A stretch of 42,866 nt of DNA from IMG/VR virus record IMGVR_UViG_3300046492_000163, positions 64,001 through 106,866 of that record; one strand, given 5' to 3'. Below, in pieces: positions 9,633 to 18,334 of the stretch. Made by a program: the position numbers and the translations under genes. The notes beneath the pieces were generated by a model, which was not told the DNA's origin, searched no databases, and saw nothing but the letters and a program-made list of their open reading frames with translations. Origin of the DNA: a virus. Lineage: Duplodnaviria > Heunggongvirae > Uroviricota > Caudoviricetes. The first letter of the stretch is position 1. Each line of letters opens with the position of its first letter.

Positions 9633-10517
9633 TTATACAACTTTGATCCACTGAACTTTCTCGTTGTCGATAAGATCGACCTCCGCAGAAGGCACGCTGT
9701 GATATGAATTGGTGGTGTAAACCTTGTCGTACATGCCCTGAGAAGTCAGGACATCTATTCCTTTAGTGAACAGGCCGTGCGTAACTACCAAGCGGAGAGA
9801 TGCACACTTGCCCCGGCGAAGAACTTCTGCCAGCTCCGTGAACGTGCGTCCACCATCGCAGATGTCATCCGCAACAAGAAGGTTCAGGCCTTCAACACTC
9901 TCTGAGACGCTGACACCCTCGATCCGACCGGTTGCTACATCCCGTACTTTGTTTGCACAGATAACACCCTTGGCTTCGATCTTTTTGGCGAGGTGGTGAG
10001 CTTTCTTATAAGCCCCTGCATCTGGTGCAACAACATAGAAATCCGCGAACGTGTCGGAGATTTCATGGAAGATCACACTTTGCGGGTGGTTCTTACAATT
10101 GCGTAGCAGAGCTGGTGCAACATCACTGTGAGAATCGATTACTTCAACAGAGGTAAAGCCACAGAGGTTAATCAAGTTCGCCATCACTGCGACACTCAAC
10201 GCCTCCCCTTCTACACACGGGCGATCCTGGCGGGCATACGGCATGTACGGCATGTTCAGGTGCAAGTCTGCCCGTGGGTAATGGCGACGAAGTGCGTCAG
10301 TCGCCAGAAGCAATGCAATGATGTCATCGCTAGTCTGCAACGATGCGGACACCCAAACACGCTCTACGGTGTAAGAAACAGCTCCGCTGCCGATATTGAT
10401 GTTCACCTTTACTTCACCACCGGGGAACTTGCTGACTTCTACATGGGTGGTGATGCTCGCTACACGGTACTTGATCACGCGGTTATTCCTTGTCGTATAC
10501 GTGGACTTTGAATCCAC
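9633..10517 (-). CDS. prs: Ribose-phosphate pyrophosphokinase-like protein (Prs/Adps family)
   Basis: FPGGE, MPYMPYARQDR, VAPDAGA, LLVADDICDGGRTF PRT-fold motifs. Confidence 0.92.
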   Translation of the reverse strand: MDSKSTYTTRNNRVIKYRVASITTHVEVSKFPGGEVKVNINIGSGAVSYTVERVWVSASLQTSDDIIALLLATDALRRHYPRADLHLNMPYMPYARQDRPCVEGEALSVAVMANLINLCGFTSVEVIDSHSDVAPALLRNCKNHPQSVIFHEISDTFADFYVVAPDAGAYKKAHHLAKKIEAKGVICANKVRDVATGRIEGVSVSESVEGLNLLVADDICDGGRTFTELAEVLRRGKCASLRLVVTHGLFTKGIDVLTSQGMYDKVYTTNSYHSVPSAEVDLIDNEKVQWIKVV

Positions 10518-10968
10518 GACTAATTAGTTGTCGTTCAATCATCGGGACCAGCTCTGTATCCCAGTCAGCACCACCCAAGCCACAGCCAAGGCGTGGAAGG
10601 CAAACCTTCAGGCCCAACTCACCCGATACCTTGAAACGCTCTGCAAATCGCTCCAGAGCCTTTTCCAGGTTGATCGGCTGGGTGTACTTCTTGCCGTCCT
10701 TGCCGTAGTTGTATTGCCCGTACAAGTTGACGACGAATCCACCCAAGTCTGCGAATGCGGCGTAGCTGAACGTGCCCAACTTCGTGACATCGCCCTTCAC
10801 GGTCATGCAATCAGCATCGTAAGCCCGTGTAAGTTCCTCGCGAATCTTCTTGGCAACGCCACTGTTCATCGTGTTGAAACAGTTCGCCTGGTGAAGCAGA
10901 GCGATATACTTACCGCTCATGAACGCTTCAACCACACAGCCTTTCTTGTACTTAATCATTCTGCTCAA
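10483..10968 (-). CDS. Macro domain (ADP-ribose binding/processing) protein
   Basis: LLHQANCFNTMNSGVAKKI, VVNLYGQY and PRLGCGLGGADW are macrodomain signatures. Confidence 0.85.
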   Translation of the reverse strand: MSRMIKYKKGCVVEAFMSGKYIALLHQANCFNTMNSGVAKKIREELTRAYDADCMTVKGDVTKLGTFSYAAFADLGGFVVNLYGQYNYGKDGKKYTQPINLEKALERFAERFKVSGELGLKVCLPRLGCGLGGADWDTELVPMIERQLISRGFKVHVYDKE

Positions 10969-12010
10969 TCCCGATCAGCAACCACACACCGTGCTCTTTT
11001 TCGAAGTTCCAGAACTGGTTAATTACAACCTCGCCAGTGCCGTCGTTCAGAGTGGCGTGATACAGGACTGATCCACGGACCTTGCCCTGCTCGACCGCAC
11101 AGTCAACCGTCTTGTGTTCATAACGCAGAACTTTGGACGGTGGAGCCAAGCAATCATCGATTGGCAGGTACTTGGTATTAGCCTCGATCCATTCCGCGTT
11201 ATCGCTGTTCTTCTGGAAGTTGTAGAAGATGTCCATTGCCTTACTGTCCAGTTCACCGAACTGAGAGCGTGTACTTGGATTCAATTCCAGTTCCTTACGG
11301 ATCTTCTCTTGCACGCTAGTTTTGCCGACCATCAAATACAACTTGTAAACTCCGAACGCGATGGCACCTACAACACTCAGGAAGAAGGCCAGTTTAATAA
11401 TGAACCACAACATGCCCCACAGAGCGCCAAAGAAGGTGATGCCCTCTTTCGGTTGCTGTACAACTACAACTTGCGGCTGTTGGTATTGCTGCTGCGGTTG
11501 TGCGTAGCCTTGTTCCGGCAAATACTCTTGCGGTGCGGCTTGACGTTGTGGAACTGGAGCTGCTACCGGCTGGCCTTGCTGGTTAAAGTATTGGCCTGGG
11601 TACTGCGGGTGCGTGTACATCCCGGCATGACCTGGGCTGCTGATCAGTGCAGTAATCGCACTGGCTGCCAAGATGCCGCCACCAACACCTGCGGCTGTTA
11701 CGCCGATGTCCCGCATGGTGGAACTTTGTCGCGGTGCTTCGTTGTACGAGTTGCTACGGTAGCCGTTATTGCTGTAACCGCTGTTGTAGTTGCTCTTGTA
11801 GCCACTGTTGTAACTGTTGCTTGAGCTTTGGCTACTAGAAGAATACGAAGGCGTTTTGTAAGTGGTAGCCGGTTTACTATAGGTAGGAGTAGACGGGCGA
11901 CTGTAAGAGCGGGAAACGCCGCTGCTAGAACGCGCACCAAACGCCGCATAAGAAACATCAGCAAATACGACCAGACCCATCGCCAAAAGCGGTACAAATA
12001 ACTTCCTCAT
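10952..12010 (-). CDS. Membrane-anchored protein with a Ser/Tyr/Gln-rich linker and a putative Tim44-like C-terminal domain
   Basis: Signal peptide (VSYA/A), low-complexity region, two hydrophobic segments, C-terminus INQFWNFEKEHGVWLLIGIEQ. Confidence 0.6.
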   Translation of the reverse strand: MRKLFVPLLAMGLVVFADVSYAAFGARSSSGVSRSYSRPSTPTYSKPATTYKTPSYSSSSQSSSNSYNSGYKSNYNSGYSNNGYRSNSYNEAPRQSSTMRDIGVTAAGVGGGILAASAITALISSPGHAGMYTHPQYPGQYFNQQGQPVAAPVPQRQAAPQEYLPEQGYAQPQQQYQQPQVVVVQQPKEGITFFGALWGMLWFIIKLAFFLSVVGAIAFGVYKLYLMVGKTSVQEKIRKELELNPSTRSQFGELDSKAMDIFYNFQKNSDNAEWIEANTKYLPIDDCLAPPSKVLRYEHKTVDCAVEQGKVRGSVLYHATLNDGTGEVVINQFWNFEKEHGVWLLIGIEQND

Positions 12011-12022
12011 TTATTAATCCTG

Positions 12023-12568
12023 TTAGTGGTGCGAGATGATTTCTTTCTTATCAAGAATTGCTTTAACTTCTTCCCACGACCAAGGCGACATATCCGCGTT
12101 CGGTCGATTGTCGATCCCCACGTTCAAACTTCTACCGCGAACACTTCCGTAGGTATTGTGAACGTGGCCGAACAGATGGAACGCGCCTCGATGACACTGG
12201 TGCCACTCGTGAATCGGGAAGTGGAACAAGATCACTTTCTGTTGATCGATCCGGATTTCTTTGTAGTCCTGACGGGAGCTGAAGTGCCCAGCAAGTTTCG
12301 GAGTACGAAGAACCTCATCGTGATTTCCGTAGATCAGGTGGATATCACCCCTCAAGCGGCGAAGTACGTTTTCGGTGTAATTCACACTGCCAAACGAGAA
12401 GTCGCCCAAGTGGTAAATTCGATCCCCACGCTTTACAAGACGGTTCCAATTTTCAATCAGAAGTTCATCGTGTTCTTCCAGCGTGCCGTGTGGCCTAGTG
12501 TCTGGGCAGAACGTTTGGATCCGGTTGTGAAAAAAATGTGTGTCCGAGGTAAACCAAATATTACTCAT
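12023..12568 (-). CDS. Calcineurin-like metallophosphoesterase
   Basis: FTSDTHF, HLGDF, GNHD, FHFP and GHVH motifs; start placed at ATG 12568. Confidence 0.9.
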   Translation of the reverse strand: MSNIWFTSDTHFFHNRIQTFCPDTRPHGTLEEHDELLIENWNRLVKRGDRIYHLGDFSFGSVNYTENVLRRLRGDIHLIYGNHDEVLRTPKLAGHFSSRQDYKEIRIDQQKVILFHFPIHEWHQCHRGAFHLFGHVHNTYGSVRGRSLNVGIDNRPNADMSPWSWEEVKAILDKKEIISHH

Positions 12569-12582
12569 GTTGAAATTTCCAT

Positions 12583-13419
12583 TTAGAGCACGCACTCGCA
12601 AGGCTTGTTTGCGTCATCCGGCTTAGTCTTTATCCCTAGTTTTCGAACGGCAGCCCAGAACGTGACACCAAGTGTGTGCTCAGTCGTAGATACCCCACTC
12701 TCTTTCATCAGCTTAAAAATTGGCTCAAGTTGGATTAGTGAGGACTCTTTAAGGATCGTGTACCCGATCTCTTCTTCTGCCCACTTTGCTTTTTCCCAAA
12801 CATCTGGCCGATTGCAATAAACGATGTACCAGTGCTGCTTTCCAGCCTTTAGGCAACCAATGCAGTTAGCATGTTTGAATGTGCCGTATTGCATTGGGGG
12901 GTTAATACCGACTTCAATAGTCTGCGAAATCGTGCGGTCTACCCAAGTAGCAATTGGGAAGTCTGCCTTATATCCCTGAGCCCCCAGGATCTGTGCCCTT
13001 CGTTGAATTCGTCTCGGTTCGTTTGCATCAAACCCGTAGTAGATGATTGCTAACTTGCCCTGGACGTTGGCCTTTAACCACTTCATGAACGGTTCCGTTT
13101 TGAGGCGGCTAGTACAGAGTTCAGTGCCTGAACCAACTTTGAACGCAGAGGCTTTTACAACAACGTCGAACTGATCAGGCAATAAGTCCGGATCTTCAAT
13201 CCCTTCAATGTTTGCGTAGGTGATGCTGAGCCCCAAGTAATCCGCAACTTCCGTCTTGAAGCGCTTAACGTCAGCATCCTCCACATTGGAATTGATGTCG
13301 TGATTCAGAAGGACCACATCCTCTTTTCCGAACTTTCGGACAACCTCGATGGCGACAATTGCCGAAGAGTGGCCTCCTGAGTAGCAGACGATGTGCTTGA
13401 TATTACTCATCGTGTTCAA
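12583..13419 (-). CDS. PAPS-reductase-like (adenine nucleotide alpha hydrolase) protein with Cys clusters
   Basis: PP-loop CYSGGHSS; CTSRLK, NCIGC and C-terminal CEC. Confidence 0.8.
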   Translation of the reverse strand: MNTMSNIKHIVCYSGGHSSAIVAIEVVRKFGKEDVVLLNHDINSNVEDADVKRFKTEVADYLGLSITYANIEGIEDPDLLPDQFDVVVKASAFKVGSGTELCTSRLKTEPFMKWLKANVQGKLAIIYYGFDANEPRRIQRRAQILGAQGYKADFPIATWVDRTISQTIEVGINPPMQYGTFKHANCIGCLKAGKQHWYIVYCNRPDVWEKAKWAEEEIGYTILKESSLIQLEPIFKLMKESGVSTTEHTLGVTFWAAVRKLGIKTKPDDANKPCECVL

Positions 13420-14116
13420 ACTTCCTTGTTAGCCATTCAGCCCACTGTTCCATTGCAGCGGCGATACCTGGGTAAGTCTCTGATCGTTCCAGCCAGCGGT
13501 TCGGACCAGGTGATAGCCTGTTCTGCCCGGTGTCGGTTTGATTCGCCCAACGCGGGAGTAACTTCCCACTTGGCTGAAGGCACATCCGAGGCTCCACATA
13601 CTTGCTGGGATCGAGCACGAGTTTGGGCGTGCCCTTGGTCAGCCAGAACCCTGTGCCCTTGCTTGCGTCATCGCCAAACTGATACGGGTGAACAACCTGG
13701 TCCGGCCTGCGGATCGCTGTATTGATGGCCGATGTACCAGGGTTCTCAATCGCTACCGGGAACGGTAGATCGAGCAGCTTGCGGAAGTTGTCAAGTTCCT
13801 GTGCCTGTGCCTCCCTGCGGCTAGCTCCGTATTTCTTTGAAGGATCAATCTTCTGGTGGTAGCCAATATCTGGATACTTCTCAAAGTTTGGATCTTGTAG
13901 AGCCCAAGCGCCTGAAGTTGTCAGGTAAGTACACATCGGGTGGAGTACAGCGAAATCCCAATCCTGATCTAAGAAGTTCCAGATATCCCCTTGTAAATGT
14001 TTGCTTCCATCTCCGCGTGCTGGCAGTAGATCGCACGTCCAAACATCGTGCCCGTATTTCTCAAAGGCTTGTCGTGACAGCGGGCATGCGGAGTATCCAA
14101 TTAGAACTCTTGCCAA
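13403..14116 (-). CDS. DNA cytosine-5 methyltransferase-like protein with divergent motifs
   Basis: VWTCDL, HLQGDI, WDFAVLHPMCTYL (PC motif appears as PMC), IENPG, HPYQFG...GFWL pattern of the small phage C5-MTase-like family. Confidence 0.7.
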   Translation of the reverse strand: MARVLIGYSACPLSRQAFEKYGHDVWTCDLLPARGDGSKHLQGDIWNFLDQDWDFAVLHPMCTYLTTSGAWALQDPNFEKYPDIGYHQKIDPSKKYGASRREAQAQELDNFRKLLDLPFPVAIENPGTSAINTAIRRPDQVVHPYQFGDDASKGTGFWLTKGTPKLVLDPSKYVEPRMCLQPSGKLLPRWANQTDTGQNRLSPGPNRWLERSETYPGIAAAMEQWAEWLTRKFEHDE

Positions 14117-14368
14117 CTAGACCGACTCCACCCACTCATAACCTGGGAGGTACAACTCAGGGATTGCGGTATACAGCAGTTGCTCCACCTCATCCGTAAA
14201 TTCGTAGTTGTGATCCAAGCTGCTGCAAACAACTGAGCCGATAAGTTCACGGGGCTCCAGCTCCAAATTGTCGAGAAACTTCAGAACTGCCTCTTTCGGA
14301 GTGTTAGCTTCAATAACATCATTAAGCAGGCTAGTGGTCGTAACGATTGCGATAGAAACAATGGTCAT
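14117..14368 (-). CDS. Hypothetical protein
   Basis: 83-aa ORF abutting both neighbours. Confidence 0.65.
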   Translation of the reverse strand: MTIVSIAIVTTTSLLNDVIEANTPKEAVLKFLDNLELEPRELIGSVVCSSLDHNYEFTDEVEQLLYTAIPELYLPGYEWVESV

Positions 14369-14961
14369 TCTTTATCCTTGTAGAATTTGTGGCTTCCGAC
14401 CGTGGCGATATACCGCATCTTCTTTGCCCACTTCGGTTTAGCTTTTAATGTGTGATAGTGATCCGACTGTCCAATGGGGTTCTTAACTTCCCCATGGAGG
14501 ATCTGGTAACTTGCGATGTAGGCTCTTTCCCAATCCTCTGGCTTAGGTCGTGTCTTCTGACGACGGCTCATGTAAGAGAACTGGTTCTTCTGTGCAACAA
14601 CTCCGCGTACAGTCTTGGGCCATCGTTCAGGGTTCTTAGTCCGCTCAACGATTACATAGCCAACTGCGATAGAGCCCATTAGGGATTCGCTTCTAGTTTC
14701 GTAGGCCAAGGCCTCTGCCATCTTCGAACACTCACCACTCCGCTTACAGCGCTTTAGCCTGGTAGCATCGGTAAGTTCTTCGATAACCTCGACGGGAATC
14801 CCTATTTGTTCGTGTTTCATCTCAACCGGGGCTACATCAATGCGGTCGAACTTATCTGCCCAGCTCTCAAAAGCCTGGGTAACTGCCCAATCACAAGTGT
14901 GCATCACTACTGCAAAGACGAACGCCGTTGCGTAGAACTGAAAATCAGCCCGGTGGAACAT
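14365..14961 (-). CDS. sleB: SleB-like cell wall hydrolase (Hydrolase_2)
   Basis: MAEALAYETRSES, AVGYVIVER, VVAQKNQFS, HYH motifs; N-terminal hydrophobic anchor; GAGG SD before ATG 14961. Confidence 0.88.
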   Translation of the reverse strand: MFHRADFQFYATAFVFAVVMHTCDWAVTQAFESWADKFDRIDVAPVEMKHEQIGIPVEVIEELTDATRLKRCKRSGECSKMAEALAYETRSESLMGSIAVGYVIVERTKNPERWPKTVRGVVAQKNQFSYMSRRQKTRPKPEDWERAYIASYQILHGEVKNPIGQSDHYHTLKAKPKWAKKMRYIATVGSHKFYKDKE

Positions 14962-14971
14962 GGCCCACCTC

Positions 14972-15322
14972 TTACAAGAACGACACCCAGTGCTGTGTAA
15001 CAATGACTGGTTTACGCAGACTGCGACCAGCGAGGTAGACTTTCTTGATGAACGCTTGGCCTTTCAACGACTCGCCCATATAACGCATCGTGTTGTTGTA
15101 CAACGAACGCATGTTATCCAGGGTGAGGATGCGGGCTGACGGGTTATCGATTACAAACAAACCGCCTTCAATCCGATAGCCTTGGAAGTTCGCAAACTTC
15201 TCTAAGCACATCAGTTGGAGTTGGCTGGTGTCGTATGCCTGCGTGTTACCGGCAGGGAGGGCCATTAGTTGTGCTTGGGTAGATAGAATGTATTTATCTA
15301 GCGGATGTTCATTTTGCTTCAT
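14972..15322 (-). CDS. Hypothetical protein
   Basis: 116-aa ORF in the operon. Confidence 0.7.
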   Translation of the reverse strand: MKQNEHPLDKYILSTQAQLMALPAGNTQAYDTSQLQLMCLEKFANFQGYRIEGGLFVIDNPSARILTLDNMRSLYNNTMRYMGESLKGQAFIKKVYLAGRSLRKPVIVTQHWVSFL

Positions 15323-15337
15323 ACTTGCCTTACTTGG

Positions 15338-15784
15338 TTAATTAAAATCGTCCAGCGTTAGTCGCGTGAACTCATTGCCATGTTGTAGGAAAACTTCTAC
15401 ACCAGCTTTAAGTAGATGAATTAGCCCCTCATCTGAGCGGTAGAAGTTGCGGAAGATGAATCGCTCGATCCCTGCGTCCACAATGTCAACCGAACACAAG
15501 TAGCAACAAGAGTGAGTACAGAACATCGTAGCTCCCACCGCACTTTCAGAAGAGCGTACAAGGCCCATCAGAGCGTTCTTTTCGCTATGCCGTACCTCTG
15601 GCTTCGTATTGTTGTGTTCGTCCTCCAGGGCACCGTGTAGGTGCTCAGGGAGTGCGTTGTAACCGCAGGAGATGATACGGTTGCCTTTTACAACGACGGC
15701 ACCAACTTTTAAACGTATTCCAACACTGCAACGAGCAAATGCGTGGGCACAATCCATGTATGCCAACATGTGTTTCGTCTTCAT
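15338..15784 (-). CDS. dCMP/deoxycytidylate deaminase
   Basis: VGAVVVKGNRIISCGYN, HSEKNAL (HxE) and CYLC (CxxC). Confidence 0.9.
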   Translation of the reverse strand: MKTKHMLAYMDCAHAFARCSVGIRLKVGAVVVKGNRIISCGYNALPEHLHGALEDEHNNTKPEVRHSEKNALMGLVRSSESAVGATMFCTHSCCYLCSVDIVDAGIERFIFRNFYRSDEGLIHLLKAGVEVFLQHGNEFTRLTLDDFN

Positions 15785-16020
15785 GGGTAAATCACGATCA
15801 CCAAGGTGGGATCTTCTTCCCCATTCTCTAGCGCTTCCTCTAGGGAGTCGTACGTATGCTCCAAGTCCTTTGACACATACGTCAGTTCTGCGCCTTCCGC
15901 ATACTCGTAAGAGTTTCCCTCACCGTCTGCTTGGAGCAAGATGTTGCAGTTACCGCCCTTGCTAGTTAGAGCTGCAAGTTTTGACACTAATTTATTAGCT
16001 GTGATCATTCCATGTACCAC
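15781..16020 (-). CDS. Hypothetical protein
   Basis: 79-aa ORF with 4-nt overlap; LQADGEGNSY. Confidence 0.65.
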   Translation of the reverse strand: MVHGMITANKLVSKLAALTSKGGNCNILLQADGEGNSYEYAEGAELTYVSKDLEHTYDSLEEALENGEEDPTLVIVIYP

Positions 16021-16373
16021 TCTGCATAACTTGAAATATGCTTCACGCGGTGTGAAACACGGTTGGCTTTAACTTGCCACTTTGGAGCATAGAACTGGAC
16101 GGCAAGTTCTTCTTCAGTCAATCGCAACACATTACCGAAGTCGGTAAAGATCGTGTACAAGTCAACTAGTTTGTCACCCCACTTCACAGTATCAACCGCC
16201 AATATGACCGCGTTACCCATCTTGCGACCATCCCTAGTTGCAAGTTGAGCAAACTGCACCCACTCGCCTTCCAGACTGGCACTTGCCCAGTGCGGGAGGT
16301 AGTACCGTTGAATCATCTGCTGTATTACATCGAACAAAATTTCGTCGTCTACAGTTTGTTTTATTTCAGGCAT
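16005..16373 (-). CDS. Hypothetical protein
   Basis: 122-aa ORF; QLATRDGRKMGNAVI. Confidence 0.7.
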   Translation of the reverse strand: MPEIKQTVDDEILFDVIQQMIQRYYLPHWASASLEGEWVQFAQLATRDGRKMGNAVILAVDTVKWGDKLVDLYTIFTDFGNVLRLTEEELAVQFYAPKWQVKANRVSHRVKHISSYAEWYME

Positions 16374-16555
16374 TTGATTTGCTCAACGTCGTCTTCCTCT
16401 AATATGACCTCTCCAACGGACTCGAATCTTACAAAGATGGCGTCATCGTATACACCAACAACTTCACCATCTAATCCAAGTAGCCGGAAACAGCCTTTTT
16501 GGTTGTACCAGTTACACTCTTCAATAACTCGGACTTTATCGCCAATACTAAGCAT
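16361..16555 (-). CDS. Small SH3/KOW-like hypothetical protein
   Basis: IGDKVRV...LGLDGEVV..FVRF pattern. Confidence 0.6.
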   Translation of the reverse strand: MLSIGDKVRVIEECNWYNQKGCFRLLGLDGEVVGVYDDAIFVRFESVGEVILEEDDVEQIKCLK

Positions 16556-16703
16556 CCCGTCCCTCTAGCTTTCGCCAAGCGGCATCAGTTTCTTTTAGAA
16601 GTGCTTCCAGCTCTTTCCACTTCTTTTCTTTGTACAGCTCTAGGGCTTTACTGCCGGGGGCAAGATAATGCCCCGGCTTGTATTCAACGGCATCGCGGTA
16701 CAT
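16548..16703 (-). CDS. Small hypothetical protein (51 aa)
   Basis: Manual translation MYRDAVEYKPGHYLAPGSKALELYKEKKWKELEALLKETDAAWRKLEGRDA*; fills an operon gap. Confidence 0.6.
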   Translation of the reverse strand: MYRDAVEYKPGHYLAPGSKALELYKEKKWKELEALLKETDAAWRKLEGRDA

Positions 16704-16724
16704 GGATTTCCCGTCTTGTTATAA

Positions 16725-16871
16725 TCAAGGCCAGCGCTTCTTCTTCTTTGCCTTCCTGGTCTTCTTGTTGTTAGTGTCGTCCAGGATACCCATCAGGCTC
16801 GCCTTAATAATGGCTTGATCAATAGTCTTCTGCATATGTCCGAAAGAGCGAAGGCTTGTGGCTTTACTCAT
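16725..16871 (-). CDS. Small basic hypothetical protein (48 aa)
   Basis: Manual translation MSKATSLRSFGHMQKTIDQAIIKASLMGILDDTNNKKTRKAKKKKRWP*; ATGA overlap with the antirepressor stop. Confidence 0.5.
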   Translation of the reverse strand: MSKATSLRSFGHMQKTIDQAIIKASLMGILDDTNNKKTRKAKKKKRWP

Positions 16872-17602
16872 TCACCGCTCCCTACAAGCCCTGCTTTACG
16901 CAGCAGCTTACCGATATAAATCTCACCCTTACCAGTAACCTTGGTCTGGGTGTAGTGAACGAACTTGCCCTTCTCCTTGTAGAACTTAGGATCTACTTCG
17001 AAGTGACCGGAATCAATGTAGCGTTGGTATGGTGGGTTATGTTCATCGTTCCGAATAACTCCATAGTCTTTCAGGAATTTAAACAGCTTAGTCCGACCAA
17101 TCCCGTACTTGTTTGCAACTTGCAGCATGGTCAAAGACTCAACCGAGGCTTTAACCGCGTCGTGGTATTCCACTTTCGGCTTGTCTGCTGCAACTTTCTG
17201 TTCCAGCTTCAATACTTGTTCGGTGTAACCCAGCAGCAGACCACGGAGGGATGATGCGTCTGCCAAGTTGACAGCAGGAGCACCGAACGTGCCTGTCTTG
17301 CGGATGCTAGGAAGAACCTCGCCTGTTACCCACTTCTTGAAGCGCTTGGCCGATTCCTTGCGGCTCTTCAGGACAGCCGAGTACAGACCGGACTCGTTGA
17401 TGATGGTCACTTTCTGATCGCCACCAAGGGTACACAGAATGTGTGCCCCCTTTTCCTCATCGTCCAGATTACGGGTCATTGTCTCAGCCCCACGATACTC
17501 AAGGGCTTGAGCCACATCATTAGCCACCCACCACGGCTCACCATCCTGCATAACTACACGTACAGAGATGTCTCCAAAATTAAACGGAACTACGTTACTC
17601 AA
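16868..17602 (-). CDS. ant: BRO-N / ANT (KilA-C) antirepressor-like protein
   Basis: EPWWVANDVAQALEY...INESGLYSAVLKSRKESAKRFKKWVTGEVLPSIRKTG; ADKPKVEYHD; TKVTGKGEIYI. Confidence 0.92.
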   Translation of the reverse strand: MSNVVPFNFGDISVRVVMQDGEPWWVANDVAQALEYRGAETMTRNLDDEEKGAHILCTLGGDQKVTIINESGLYSAVLKSRKESAKRFKKWVTGEVLPSIRKTGTFGAPAVNLADASSLRGLLLGYTEQVLKLEQKVAADKPKVEYHDAVKASVESLTMLQVANKYGIGRTKLFKFLKDYGVIRNDEHNPPYQRYIDSGHFEVDPKFYKEKGKFVHYTQTKVTGKGEIYIGKLLRKAGLVGSGE

Positions 17603-17656
17603 TTCTTGTGCCCTCCATGGGCGATTAAAGGCGCCCGCCTTGCAGGCGCCAAGTTA

Positions 17657-18334
17657 TTACTCTTCGTCGTTTTCCAGTGCAGCCAAGTATTTCTGCATAC
17701 CTGCTTCGTACTCAGCCAATTCCTTCTCTTCCTGCTCAGCCCGGTAAGCCGCGTACTTCGGCAGACGCTCCAACAAATCATCTGCGTAGAAGTACAAGTC
17801 TTTGCCGTTATCCAAGATGGCTACAAACTCTTCGTCCGTCAGGAAGCCCCGGTAAGTGCTATATACCCACTCACGGTTAACACGCTCCGTGAACGCCACA
17901 CTTGTACGGATTACCGACTCTGGACCGTAGCCTGGAGAGTAGGAACATGCGTGGATCATCATCGTACTGCTCTTGTGGATAATCCAATCATCCGCGTGGA
18001 GTGCGATAGCTGATGCAGCACTTGCACAAGTAAAACCAATCTCCGCGATGATTTCGGCTTCACATTCATCCATGCGACGGCACAAGAAGTCGCATGTTTC
18101 CATGCTGCCACCAGGTGAGCTGATCTGCATGATCACTTTGTCGTCAGGACCAGCCGATGCCAGAATCTCAACTTCCTCACCGAACTCATCAATCTCCCCA
18201 ATCGGGACAACAATAGGAACTACAAACTTGTTAGTTACCTTCTGCTGGACGGTGATGTGTTTCTGCCGCTGACCCATAATCGGCATCAGCATGTCTGGGA
18301 AGCCGTCAACTTTCTTGTCGTCAGTCTGCTTCAT
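17657..18334 (-). CDS. clpP: ClpP-like serine protease subunit
   Basis: ISSPGGS, CASAAS (catalytic Ser), MMIHA (catalytic His). Confidence 0.82.
   Translation of the reverse strand: MKQTDDKKVDGFPDMLMPIMGQRQKHITVQQKVTNKFVVPIVVPIGEIDEFGEEVEILASAGPDDKVIMQISSPGGSMETCDFLCRRMDECEAEIIAEIGFTCASAASAIALHADDWIIHKSSTMMIHACSYSPGYGPESVIRTSVAFTERVNREWVYSTYRGFLTDEEFVAILDNGKDLYFYADDLLERLPKYAAYRAEQEEKELAEYEAGMQKYLAALENDEE

Noticed and set aside
14365-14961. SleB hydrolase as the lysis-cassette endolysin
   Set aside because: No adjacent holin or spanin genes are evident, and it lies in the metabolic operon; role left open.
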